The notes under the pieces were generated by a model. That model was not told where the DNA came from. It made no database searches and saw only the letters and a program-made list of their open reading frames with translations. From an uncultured Planctomycetaceae bacterium (lineage in GTDB: Bacteria > Planctomycetota > Planctomycetia > Planctomycetales > Planctomycetaceae), in NCBI GenBank assembly GCA_963813715.1, contig CAWFAK010000008.1, forward strand, positions 1-64,000: a stretch of DNA of 64,000 nucleotides, given 5' to 3'. The translations under genes and the position numbers were made by a program. Of the stretch, positions 44,562 to 53,271 are shown in pieces. How positions within the stretch are numbered: position 1 is the first letter of the stretch; each line of letters starts with the position of its first letter.

Positions 44562-45077
44562 TCTCAGAAAACTGATCTTGGACGGATCTCATTTTTCCCT
44601 CGGTCCAAGGCGCGGCCTAACCCGCGGATGTTTTCACATCATCCAAAGTCAGTTCAACATGACCGCAGTTGCGACAGGCGTACGCTGAAAGCGGCTCCCG
44701 CGAACCAAGCATGCCAAAAAGACTCTTAGTCCATGACGTAAATGTCACACTGCCGAATCCGTTGAGCCGACCAAACTCCAATTTAGTGGCCCCGCATCTT
44801 GGACATTGTTTGGGGTCTGCCATGTCAATTGCCTTGGGCATGAGGTCTATGAGTGACATTTTACCCAAAATCGGTCAGTTGCCGGGACTAGTCGTTGTCA
44901 CGGCTGTGCAGCGGCAAGAGTCCGTAGCGTGCGACAACGCGGCAAAGCGCCCGCCGGCACACCATCTTTGTTGGACCGACCGGTGTGCCTCCGCTCCCAT
45001 CGCGAGCCGACACGTCCTACTCCGCTCACGGCGACCCGGAAATCTCAAAAATTGATCTTGGACGAATCTCGTTTTTC
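44562..45077 (+). repeat. Pair of about 36-bp imperfect direct repeats, about 480 bp apart
   Basis: TCTCAGAAAACTGATCTTGGACGGATCTCATTTTTC (44562-44597) and TCTCAAAAATTGATCTTGGACGAATCTCGTTTTTC (45043-45077). Confidence 0.8.
44617..44823 (-). CDS. Small zinc-ribbon protein
   Basis: CPRCG ... AYACRNCGHVE; 68 aa; lower GC than the flanks. Confidence 0.75.
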   Translation of the reverse strand: MADPKQCPRCGATKLEFGRLNGFGSVTFTSWTKSLFGMLGSREPLSAYACRNCGHVELTLDDVKTSAG

Positions 45078-46239
45078 TGGCTGAATGGAGAGAGCGGACT
45101 CTTTGCGCGCCGATGGCGGTGTAGCGGAATGGCCTAGGTGGAAACACGGGGGGTTGGGTCGCGAATTTATTCTCAGATAGGTGACCCACGAAATTCGTGA
45201 CCCGGCCCCCGATCGCAGGTCGGGTCGGGACGGGACACGAACGCGTTGGGACGGAATGGCGGGCGTACGCTGGGGGTGGATCCCCGCGGACGACAGAACG
45301 GTCCTTGCCGGTGGTGGGGATCCTTTTTACTAAGGGGGACGAAGGATCCCCAGCAAGCCGGGACGGGACCTCAAGGGTGGGACGGGATTGAATTGCGAGA
45401 ACTGGGCTCTACGGTGGATTCGTTGCGGTTCGAGTCACGCCGTCGAGCCAGGCGATCAAGTCTTGTGTCACTTCGTCGCGGTTGGTTTCGTTCAGCGTCT
45501 CGTGTCGCGCGTTGGGATAGAGCTTATAGGTGACATGTTGCAGGCTGGCCGCACGATAGGCGTTGAGCAACTGGTGGACGTTGCTGCCCACCGGGTCACG
45601 GCTGCCACGGAAGATGTAGATCGGCAGCGATTTGGGGATGCGAGTCTGCCGCGCCGGATCGGACATCTCGGCCAGGCCTCCGAGAATGTCGAGGAAGAGT
45701 TGCACTTGGGAGTCGAAGCCGCACAACGGATCCGCCACGTACTTGTCGACCTCGGCGGGATCGCGTGAGAGCCAGTCGAATGGTGTCCGCGCCGGCTCAA
45801 ACGGCTTGTTGAAGGCTCCAAAGAAGAGCGACTGCAGCAGCGGGCTCTTGCCGTGCGGACCGACTCGCAGCCGCTCGAGCTTCGCGATGTTTCGCCCCAA
45901 CCCCGCGGTCGCGGGCGGGCGGCCGTTCGTCCCGGAAAGCACCGCTGCGACGACCGCGTCGCCATGGTCGCCGAGAAATTGCTGGACCATGAACGATCCC
46001 AGCGAATGGCCAAAGATCACGACGGGCGTGTTTGGATGGTCCGCGCGAATCCGCTGGTTGAGCTGCCACAAGTCCTGGACACACCGATTCCATCCATCAT
46101 TCTCGGCGAAGTAGCCCAGGTCGGCAGGCGTCTTCGCTGTACGGCCGTGTCCCCGATGATCGTCGGCGTAGACGGCGTAACCAGCCCGGCACAGGGCCTC
46201 GGCCATCTATGAGAAGGGTAGCGTCAAGGGTTGGTTTTT

Positions 46240-46430
46240 GCGTTTGAAGTGGTGATCTGGGCGATGCGGTACGCTCAACCATCTATTCGGGATCACCAAC
46301 GGTCTGGAACAGGTCCGTCGATGTCGCCAGGAAGCCGACTTTCGAGAGACGCCCCATTCACCCTTCGAAGGTCGCTCTTTTGAGGGAACGCCTTCATGGC
46401 CGGGGGCGGGGTCGTCTGTGGGTCGTCGCA
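46240..46430 (-). ncRNA. Candidate bridge RNA/seekRNA of the IS1111-type element
   Basis: Stem-flanked motifs match the target (CGGCCA, GGGUG) and the circle junction (AUAGAUG, CUUCA), and each ends at the TG/CA core; boundaries approximate. Confidence 0.7.
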
Positions 46431-46480
46431 GCGCTTTCGATCGATGTTTTGTTTTGTGCTCTCCTGCCAAGGTCAGGGAT

Positions 46481-47500
46481 TTAAGTCGGTTGCTGGCTGA
46501 GCGAGTAGGGTTGGCCCGTCTTCAAGATCGCTGTCATCAGGCACAACAACCGGCGGGCCACGGCGACGATCGCCTTCTTGGCACGCACGCGCAACTTCAA
46601 TCGTTCATAAATCCGACGCCAACGTAACGAGTGCTGAACCAGCCGCCAGGCGGCTTCGACCAGCGTCGAGCGCAGCAGCGTCGAACCGTTCTTCTCCAGG
46701 TGCAGCTCCCGACTCTTGCCCGCACTCTCGCGTTGACCCGGTGAGAGCCCTGCGTAAGCGACGACCCGCTTTTGCGAACCGAAGCGATCAATGTCTGCCA
46801 GCTCGGCCAGCACAACTTCGGTGGTCACGAAGCCCATTCCGGGGATCGTCCGCAACAGCGTCCGCGCTTCCTGCTCGCAAAGCGGCGCCGCCTCGGCGAA
46901 CTCCTTCAGCCGGGCGTTGACGGCCAGCAGCTGACGCCGCCCGAAGTGCAACTCTTCGACCATCTGATCCACGGCGAACCGATCCGCTCCCAAGAGAGGC
47001 ACTTGGGCGAGATACGCCAACCCGTCCACGGTGAACAGACTGGGACGATCCGCGTTGTAGTCGCAGAGAATGCGGGGCAGACGGTTCTTGACGGAGGTCA
47101 ATCGCCGTTGAATGCCCCCTCGATGGCGCACTAATCGCCGATGCTCCTGCTGCCGCGGAGTCGCGCGATAAGAGGTCGGAATCATGTCCAAGGCCAGGAA
47201 CTCCGCGAGGATTTGCACGTCGAGCCGATCGCTTTTACGCGTGCTCTCGGCAATCACACGCAGCTTCTTGGGGTGAGCCAACAACACGCGATGGGCCACG
47301 GGCTCGATCAATCGCACGAACCATTCGTAGCTGGCGGTCGCTTCCACGACAGCCTCGAACTCCCCGAGCCTCTCGAAAAATGCGAGGATGCTCCGCTCTT
47401 CGCCACAACGCACGGTCCGACGCTCCAAAACCCGCCGCAATTGGTCGACGACGCAAATCGTGATAGTCTGCTTGTGTAGGTCGCAGCCGGCAAATTTCAT
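46481..47500 (-). CDS. IS110 family DEDD recombinase/transposase (intact, 339 aa)
   Basis: FAGCDLHK, VVEATA, KSDRLD, TIPGMG, AYAGLSPGQRESAG, KKAIVAVARRL. Confidence 0.96.
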   Translation of the reverse strand: MKFAGCDLHKQTITICVVDQLRRVLERRTVRCGEERSILAFFERLGEFEAVVEATASYEWFVRLIEPVAHRVLLAHPKKLRVIAESTRKSDRLDVQILAEFLALDMIPTSYRATPRQQEHRRLVRHRGGIQRRLTSVKNRLPRILCDYNADRPSLFTVDGLAYLAQVPLLGADRFAVDQMVEELHFGRRQLLAVNARLKEFAEAAPLCEQEARTLLRTIPGMGFVTTEVVLAELADIDRFGSQKRVVAYAGLSPGQRESAGKSRELHLEKNGSTLLRSTLVEAAWRLVQHSLRWRRIYERLKLRVRAKKAIVAVARRLLCLMTAILKTGQPYSLSQQPT

Positions 47501-47830
47501 GGCGGTGTCCTTTTGCGGAAACGGTTTTGCAACAAACTCCGTTTACCACGTTCAAGCACAACCACCAACCGGCTCGGCCTACCTCTTACCGCTCCTCATA
47601 GCTTCACCCGGGCATAGCGGCCGGCATGCTCGGCCCAACCGTGTGCGATCTGCACCACGGCCTTCGTCGGCTGCTCGGGCAGCCAGCGATAAACGAAGAG
47701 GGAAACACCATCGGGCGTTTCAAGTTGAAATGTCGAAGCCTGCATGAAATCACCGCTGACTGTCACCGAGGTCAGTTTGTAGTCTTGTAGGCCAGGCTGT
47801 GCCTGCCGTCCGCGTGCACGCGTCTTCGGG

Positions 47831-48376
47831 TCACTTCTTCGGCCGAAACGCCACCAGTTTCGATTCGTTGGTGGTCAGGTACGGGCCGTTTAGGAGGTCG
47901 ATGCAATACGGGATCGCCGGGAAAACCGCGTCCAGGCACTCGGCGATGGCGCCGGGTTGGCCGGGGAGGTTGAGGATCAGCGTGCCGCCGCGGATGCCGG
48001 CCGTTTGACGGGAGAGGATCGCAGTGGGGACTTTTTCGAGCGAGACTTTGCGCATCAACTCGCCGAAGCCGGGCATCATTTTCGAGCAGACGGCCTCCGT
48101 CGCCTCGGGGGTGACGTCGCGGAGGGCCGGGCCGGTGCCGCCGGTGGTGACGACCAGGCAGCAACCCTCGGAGTCGCAAAGTTGTCTGAGGGTCGCCTTG
48201 ATCCTCGGCCGCTCGTCGGGGATCACCCGCACGATGGCGGTCCAAGGCGAGGTCAGAATGCCCTTGAGATACTCGCGGATGGCCGGGCCGCCGCGATCCT
48301 CATACTCGCCGCTGCTGGCACGGTCGGAGACGGTCACCACGCCGATTTTTGCGGGCTCTTCGGGAGAATCTGCCAT
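47831..48376 (-). CDS. mog: Molybdopterin adenylyltransferase
   Basis: IGVVTVSDRASSGEYEDRGGP, TTGGTGPALRDVTPEAT, VPTAILSRQTAGIRG, NLPGQP. Confidence 0.96.
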   Translation of the reverse strand: MADSPEEPAKIGVVTVSDRASSGEYEDRGGPAIREYLKGILTSPWTAIVRVIPDERPRIKATLRQLCDSEGCCLVVTTGGTGPALRDVTPEATEAVCSKMMPGFGELMRKVSLEKVPTAILSRQTAGIRGGTLILNLPGQPGAIAECLDAVFPAIPYCIDLLNGPYLTTNESKLVAFRPKK

Positions 48377-48586
48377 CGGGAAGACCTTCTAGAGCGGTCG
48401 GAGCGCGGGCGAAAACCGGAGCGATGTGGGCCGCTCGGCCGGTCCCGTCAGGTGTAGCAGGTCGGCGTCGAATTCGACACGGTTTGGATGCCGGTTGCCG
48501 TGCGGTTCGTTTGTTTCCAGCCTCTTTTGGTGTACATTGAAACCCGTGCAAATGGCAAATAATGTCCCGGTTCAGAGGAGTGAATA

Positions 48587-49162
48587 ATGGCTCGGCTGTG
48601 CGCGATCGTGATCGGTTTGACCTTCCTGACGCAGGCGACGCTGTCCGCCGCGGAAACCAAGTCGAAGGATGTGCCTCCCGTGCTGCAGTTCAAAGCCAAG
48701 TCGCTCGAAGGCAAAGACGTCGACCTGTCGCAGTACAAAGGCAAGGTGCTGTTGATTGTCAACGTGGCCAGCCGTTGCGGCTACACGCCGCAGTACAAGG
48801 GCCTCGAACAGTTGCACGAGAAATTCGGCAAAGAGGGGCTCGTGGTGATGGGCTTCCCGTGCAACCAGTTCCTCCGCCAGGAGCCGGGCGACCCGCAGCA
48901 GATTCGCGAATTCTGCACGGAAAAGTACAACGTGAAGTTCGACCTGTTCGAGAAGATCGACGTGAAGGGGCCGCACCAGACGCCGATTTACAAGTGGCTC
49001 ACCTCGCGCGAAGCCACGCCGACCGATCCGGGCGACGTGAAGTGGAACTTCGAGAAATTCCTCGTCGGCAAAGACGGCAAAGTGGTGGCTCGTTATCGCA
49101 GCGGCGTGAAGCCGGAGAGCCCGCAGGTCGTCGAGGCCATCGAGGCTGAGTTGAAGAAGTAA
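48587..49162 (+). CDS. Glutathione peroxidase family protein (Cys type, exported)
   Basis: VNVASRCGYTPQY, GFPCNQF..QEPG, KWNFEKFLV; signal peptide. Confidence 0.95.
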   Translation: MARLCAIVIGLTFLTQATLSAAETKSKDVPPVLQFKAKSLEGKDVDLSQYKGKVLLIVNVASRCGYTPQYKGLEQLHEKFGKEGLVVMGFPCNQFLRQEPGDPQQIREFCTEKYNVKFDLFEKIDVKGPHQTPIYKWLTSREATPTDPGDVKWNFEKFLVGKDGKVVARYRSGVKPESPQVVEAIEAELKK

Positions 49163-49581
49163 CGACGGCCGTAGCCGCGCGGGGAACAGTAAAAAGAACG
49201 TTCTTCGCTGTTCGATCCGCTCGGTTATCGACGCCGCCAGCGGCAAACAGCACTTCGTTGCCCGCCGCATCGGATTACGGAACTTCCTACGCGTCACTCG
49301 TCGCGGCCCGCTGCTACTTTTAGCTGACCACGAGAAACGGGACCACATTGGTCGTCAACGACGCCGACCAACTCAAGATCGTCACCACAAATCGGTCGAC
49401 GGTCGCTGAAAACTGCTGTAACTCAGAGATATTTGCACTTCCAATTTGCAGCGCCCATTGTGTAATGGGGAAGGATCGGGTTTTTGTTGGAGGGGGCGAT
49501 GACCATTGCAGGTAGCACCGCCCCTCGGCATTCGTGGGAAAATCAGCCGCCCCCTTTTGATCGCCGGCCTAAGTGCGGACG

Positions 49582-49974
49582 ATGACTCGCTCACAGCGGA
49601 TTCTCGTTGTCCTGTCGCTTGCCAGTTATTTGCTGGCCACGACGGCGATCCATGCGCTGCACGATCATTCGGCTGCGGGGCATTGCTGTCACAACGAGCT
49701 GTCGTGCGACGACGGCGCGTTCCCTACGGAGCATGGTGACTGCGCCGATGCCTGCGATGAGTCGGCTCGCCACGACGGGCACTCCTCGCCGACCAACTGC
49801 GAAGACTCGTGCTTTGCGTGCCGTTTCCTGGCCGCGAAGGCGATGCCGGCGGCCGTGGTTCTCCCTGTCGACCGGCTCGAGACCGTTTGCCAGTTGGAGG
49901 TCCTGCCGCCCGCCCTCGCGCCCCACACTCAACTCGAGTGCTCTCTCTGTCGTGGCCCTCCCGGCGCTTGCTAG
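49582..49974 (+). CDS. His/Cys-rich DUF2946-like protein with CxxC and a C-terminal RGPP
   Basis: N-terminal hydrophobic segment, HALHDH..HCCH, CFAC, Pro-rich linker, RGPP three residues before the stop. Confidence 0.75.
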   Translation: MTRSQRILVVLSLASYLLATTAIHALHDHSAAGHCCHNELSCDDGAFPTEHGDCADACDESARHDGHSSPTNCEDSCFACRFLAAKAMPAAVVLPVDRLETVCQLEVLPPALAPHTQLECSLCRGPPGAC

Positions 49975-50235
49975 CGCTCGGCCGATTTCCGCGTTCGCGC
50001 CCGGATCCTGCCGGCGCTTGCCAGTCATCCCTAGGCGCAGCGTCCCCAGACTTTTGCTGCTCCGCCGGGTGAATGGTCAGATCGGCCGCACACGGCGCCC
50101 ATACGTGTAGGGCCTCTTGAACGATCCGGCAAACCTTGCGTGAACGGATCGCAAGAGAGGACGCAATCGACGATCTATCGGCGACTTTCTCTGCCGATTT
50201 TCCGCATAAGAATTCCCAGAGAGAGGCGAGTAAAC

Positions 50236-51327
50236 ATGAATAAGTCCCATTGCGCCCGACGCGCCTTTACGCTGATTGAGCTCCTTGTCGTGATTGCAAT
50301 CGTCTCAATTCTGATGTCGCTACTGTTGCCCGCGGTGCAGGCCGCCCGCGAATCCGCGCGTCGCACCCAGTGTGTCAACAACCTCAAGGAGATCGGTCTG
50401 GCTTTTCATAACTACGTGGACAGCCATCTCTGCTTTCCGCCCGCGTACATTCAAGGATCCGGCACGCAGTCCGGCGTCTCTTACGGCGTCAGCTACCCCG
50501 ACGGGGGCTATAACGGCCTGTCCGGATGGGGGTGGGGCGCCTTGATCCTGCCCTACATCGAACAGGGCAATCTCTACAAGAAATTGAATCTCAACCTTCC
50601 GTGCTGGGCGACAGAAAATGCGACGATCGTCCAGACCAAAATACCGGGGTACCTCTGCCCGTCGGCGACGGGTGGCAGCGACGGGTTTTCGGTACTGCAG
50701 TACACGGCCGGCACCAACCAGGACCCGCAGAATCCGGCCCCATTCAGCCCGAACATCTTTTTTGCGCATAGCCACTACTCAGTCAACGCGGGTCAAAACG
50801 CGCCCTGGAATCGCTCGACTCCGTATTCGATCGATTTCTCGATTCCGGAACCTGTCCCGTTTGGCTCGGAAATCGCCTATGACATTATCAATGGGCCGTT
50901 CTATCGGAATTCCCACACACGCCCGCGAGATGTCACCGACGGCCTGTCCCAGACCGTCTTCGCCGGAGAAACCGACTCGATCCTGACCAACAAAACCTGG
51001 GTCGGCGTCGTTCCCGGAGCCTGTACGCCCTCTCATGTCAATCCGACCATCGGCGCGGGCGACAACAACGGCGCCGGATGCCTGGTCAGCATCCACAGCG
51101 GTCCCGACATCCACGAGCGCCCGCAGTTCATCATTCACCAGCCGTCCGATCCCATCGGGCTCACCGACGAGATGTACTCGGAGCATGCCGCTTCGACCGG
51201 CGGCAATGTCCTGTTCGGGGACGGTGGCGTGCGGTTCATCAGTGCCTTCATCGACGCCGACACCTGGTGGTATCTGTCGACGATGAATGTCGGCGACGTG
51301 CCGAGCCTGGAGACCTTGGCCGACTGA
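50236..51327 (+). CDS. DUF1559 prepilin-type N-terminal cleavage/methylation protein
   Basis: RRAFTLIELLVVIAI...LLLPAVQAARESARRTQCVNNLKEIGLAFHNY; DVTDGLSQT; SEH...GGNVLFGDGGVRFI. Confidence 0.95.
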   Translation: MNKSHCARRAFTLIELLVVIAIVSILMSLLLPAVQAARESARRTQCVNNLKEIGLAFHNYVDSHLCFPPAYIQGSGTQSGVSYGVSYPDGGYNGLSGWGWGALILPYIEQGNLYKKLNLNLPCWATENATIVQTKIPGYLCPSATGGSDGFSVLQYTAGTNQDPQNPAPFSPNIFFAHSHYSVNAGQNAPWNRSTPYSIDFSIPEPVPFGSEIAYDIINGPFYRNSHTRPRDVTDGLSQTVFAGETDSILTNKTWVGVVPGACTPSHVNPTIGAGDNNGAGCLVSIHSGPDIHERPQFIIHQPSDPIGLTDEMYSEHAASTGGNVLFGDGGVRFISAFIDADTWWYLSTMNVGDVPSLETLAD

Positions 51328-51387
51328 AAATCACCAGCGAATACCGGCCACGCCCCCAAAGGGGCGCCGCCAGCGGCGAGCTAAAAA

Positions 51388-51726
51388 ATGTTTGACGAAA
51401 TGAACATGAAAAAGGCGGCGATCGGGACGGCAGGCGCCGGCCTTTTGTTGATTGGGATCTGGTATGCCTGGTGGAGCCGGCCTCCGCAGGTCGGGGCAGA
51501 CAAAGAGAGCATGAAGGTCGTCGACGCCCTTTATACTGCCGTCAGTTCCCACAACCCGACGCGACTCGCGGATTGCGAGCACCGACTGCACACACTGCGG
51601 GATGACGGCAAATTGCCACGAGCGACCGCCGACTATCTCGACGGTCTGATCTCGACGGCGCGAACGGGTGATTGGCAGAAAGCGACGCATCAGCTTTTCA
51701 ACTTCATGAAAGCACAGCATTCATGA
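51388..51726 (+). CDS. Small membrane-anchored hypothetical protein
   Basis: N-terminal TM and helical C-terminus; lies directly after the DUF1559 gene. Confidence 0.7.
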   Translation: MFDEMNMKKAAIGTAGAGLLLIGIWYAWWSRPPQVGADKESMKVVDALYTAVSSHNPTRLADCEHRLHTLRDDGKLPRATADYLDGLISTARTGDWQKATHQLFNFMKAQHS

Positions 51727-51917
51727 AAGAACAGAGCCGTCAGCAGCATTAAGCCGGAGCAGGCAACATCGGGGGCACCGACAAGTGTGCCCGGCCTCCT
51801 GGCGCGCCTCGGTCACATCGATCGATGCACGTCCGCGCGGCTGCGGAGCTAGTCTAGTCAGCATGTTTTGCGCCGACACATGCTAGTGCCCGCGGCCGGG
51901 GCGCGAGGCAAGAAATC

Positions 51918-53258
51918 CTATTTCTTCGTCCCGGCGATCTTGTACAAGCGGTGAAGCGTACGCAGATAGAGCGCCCCGTCCGCGACGGCTGGAGAGGCCC
52001 GCATGCCCTCGTTGAGGCGATTCGAGGCGACAATCTTTTGCGGCCCACTCAGCTGCACCACAGTGGTCGTCCCCTCCTCGTCGGGCGCGTAGAGGTGTTC
52101 ATCGGCGATCAGCGGCGACGCCACAAACGTTCCGCCCAGCCGCAGCGTCGTTTCTTGTTTGCCGGTTTTCGCATCGAGTCCGAAGAGCACCCCATGGTCC
52201 GTCAGCATCCAGATGCGACCACGATCGAGCACGGGTGCACACAGCCGGGAGTTGGCCTTCGTGCGATTCCAGACGACGTGTGTATTGGTGACGTCGCCGC
52301 GCGTCGAATCGTCGAGCCGGACGGCCATGAAATTCGTGCCTCCGGTGCCGGAGTGGATGATCGCCATGTTCTCGAAAAAGAGCGGAGGAGCGGCTGCGTT
52401 GAAGTCTTCGTGCGGGATCGTCCAGATTTCGCTACCCGTCGCGGCGTCGTAGCCGAAGGCAGCGCGCGAGCCGACTGAAACGATTTGGGTGTGACCCGCC
52501 ACGTCCGTCGTGCCGGGAGTGCCGTACCCCTTGCGAACGTCGCCCTCGCGTTGTGGCTTACCGTCGGGACCCAGGTCGTGGTAGTTGGTCGAGCGATCGG
52601 TGCGCCAGACCGTTTTGCCGGTTCTCTTGTCGAGCGCCGTGACGTATTGCTGGTCGATGCCGTCGAACGTCAGGACGAGAAGATTCTTGCAGACGATCGG
52701 CGAGGAGCCTGGTCCGCGATAGTGGCGACAGTGAAGGTCCCGGCGCCGCCAGACAATCGCCGCCGTCTGGGGGTCGAGTCGGGCGGTGCCATAGGTCCCG
52801 AAGTGCACATAGACCGCGTCGTCCTCCAGCACGCAGCTCGGCGACGCGTAAGTATTGACCCTGTTTCCCAGTCGCTCGGGAGCAGCGTTCTCAAACACGA
52901 GTTTGTGATGAACGATCCGGCCTGTGCGCGCATCGATCGCGTACCCAAACTGCTGTTTGCCGTCTTCGGTGGCGGCGGTAAACCAAATTCGGTCATGGCC
53001 GATCACCGGGGTCGAGTGGCCCAAACCTTCCAGGTCGACCTTCCAGGCGATGTTCTTGCCGCTCGCCTCATCCCATTCGATGGGCACACCGCGGGCATCG
53101 CGTTCGGTCGCAGTGCCGTTTTGAAAAGGGCCGTTGCGACAGGGCCAGGGAAGATCCCCTGTCGAAACGCTTGCCGCCCCCAGATCGAAAAGCAGCAACA
53201 ACGCCGCCGAGAGGAGCGCTGCGGTGGAAGTGGTGATCAAAGTCGAGAGCCGAGACAT
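51918..53258 (-). CDS. PQQ-binding-like beta-propeller protein
   Basis: GHSTPVI, NTYASPS, GPGSSPI, TGKTVW, FVASP, ASPAVADGALYLRT. Confidence 0.92.
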   Translation of the reverse strand: MSRLSTLITTSTAALLSAALLLLFDLGAASVSTGDLPWPCRNGPFQNGTATERDARGVPIEWDEASGKNIAWKVDLEGLGHSTPVIGHDRIWFTAATEDGKQQFGYAIDARTGRIVHHKLVFENAAPERLGNRVNTYASPSCVLEDDAVYVHFGTYGTARLDPQTAAIVWRRRDLHCRHYRGPGSSPIVCKNLLVLTFDGIDQQYVTALDKRTGKTVWRTDRSTNYHDLGPDGKPQREGDVRKGYGTPGTTDVAGHTQIVSVGSRAAFGYDAATGSEIWTIPHEDFNAAAPPLFFENMAIIHSGTGGTNFMAVRLDDSTRGDVTNTHVVWNRTKANSRLCAPVLDRGRIWMLTDHGVLFGLDAKTGKQETTLRLGGTFVASPLIADEHLYAPDEEGTTTVVQLSGPQKIVASNRLNEGMRASPAVADGALYLRTLHRLYKIAGTKK

Positions 53259-53271
53259 CGGGGCCTTTCTC

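Larger units (their letters stand above)
46206..47606 (-). mobile_element. IS110-family element, IS1111 type (sub-terminal IRs, long 3' non-coding end)
   Basis: CA/TG core at both junctions (46204-46205 and 47605-47606); sub-terminal IRs CTATGAGGAGCGGTA / CTATGAGAAGGGTA; 275-bp non-coding region after the stop codon. Confidence 0.93.
45409..47745 (-). pseudogene. Alpha/beta hydrolase (lysophospholipase-like) interrupted by an IS110/IS1111 element
   Basis: 5' part 47745-47607 (MQASTFQLETPDGVSLFVYRW...AHGWAEHAGRYAR) joins in frame to the 3' part 46205-45409 (V-AEALCRAGY..DHRGHG..GHSLGS..RHETLNE), giving 311 aa. Confidence 0.92.

Noticed and set aside
44612..44625. GCCTAAC/GTTAGGC integron attC core-like motif at the zinc-ribbon stop codon
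   Set aside because: No matching partner box in the correct orientation and no integrase; a 7-mer is expected by chance.
49432..49452. TGCA-N9-TGCA possible Fur/Zur box upstream of the RGPP leader
   Set aside because: The spacing does not fit the usual Fur-family dyad and the arms are too short to support a call.
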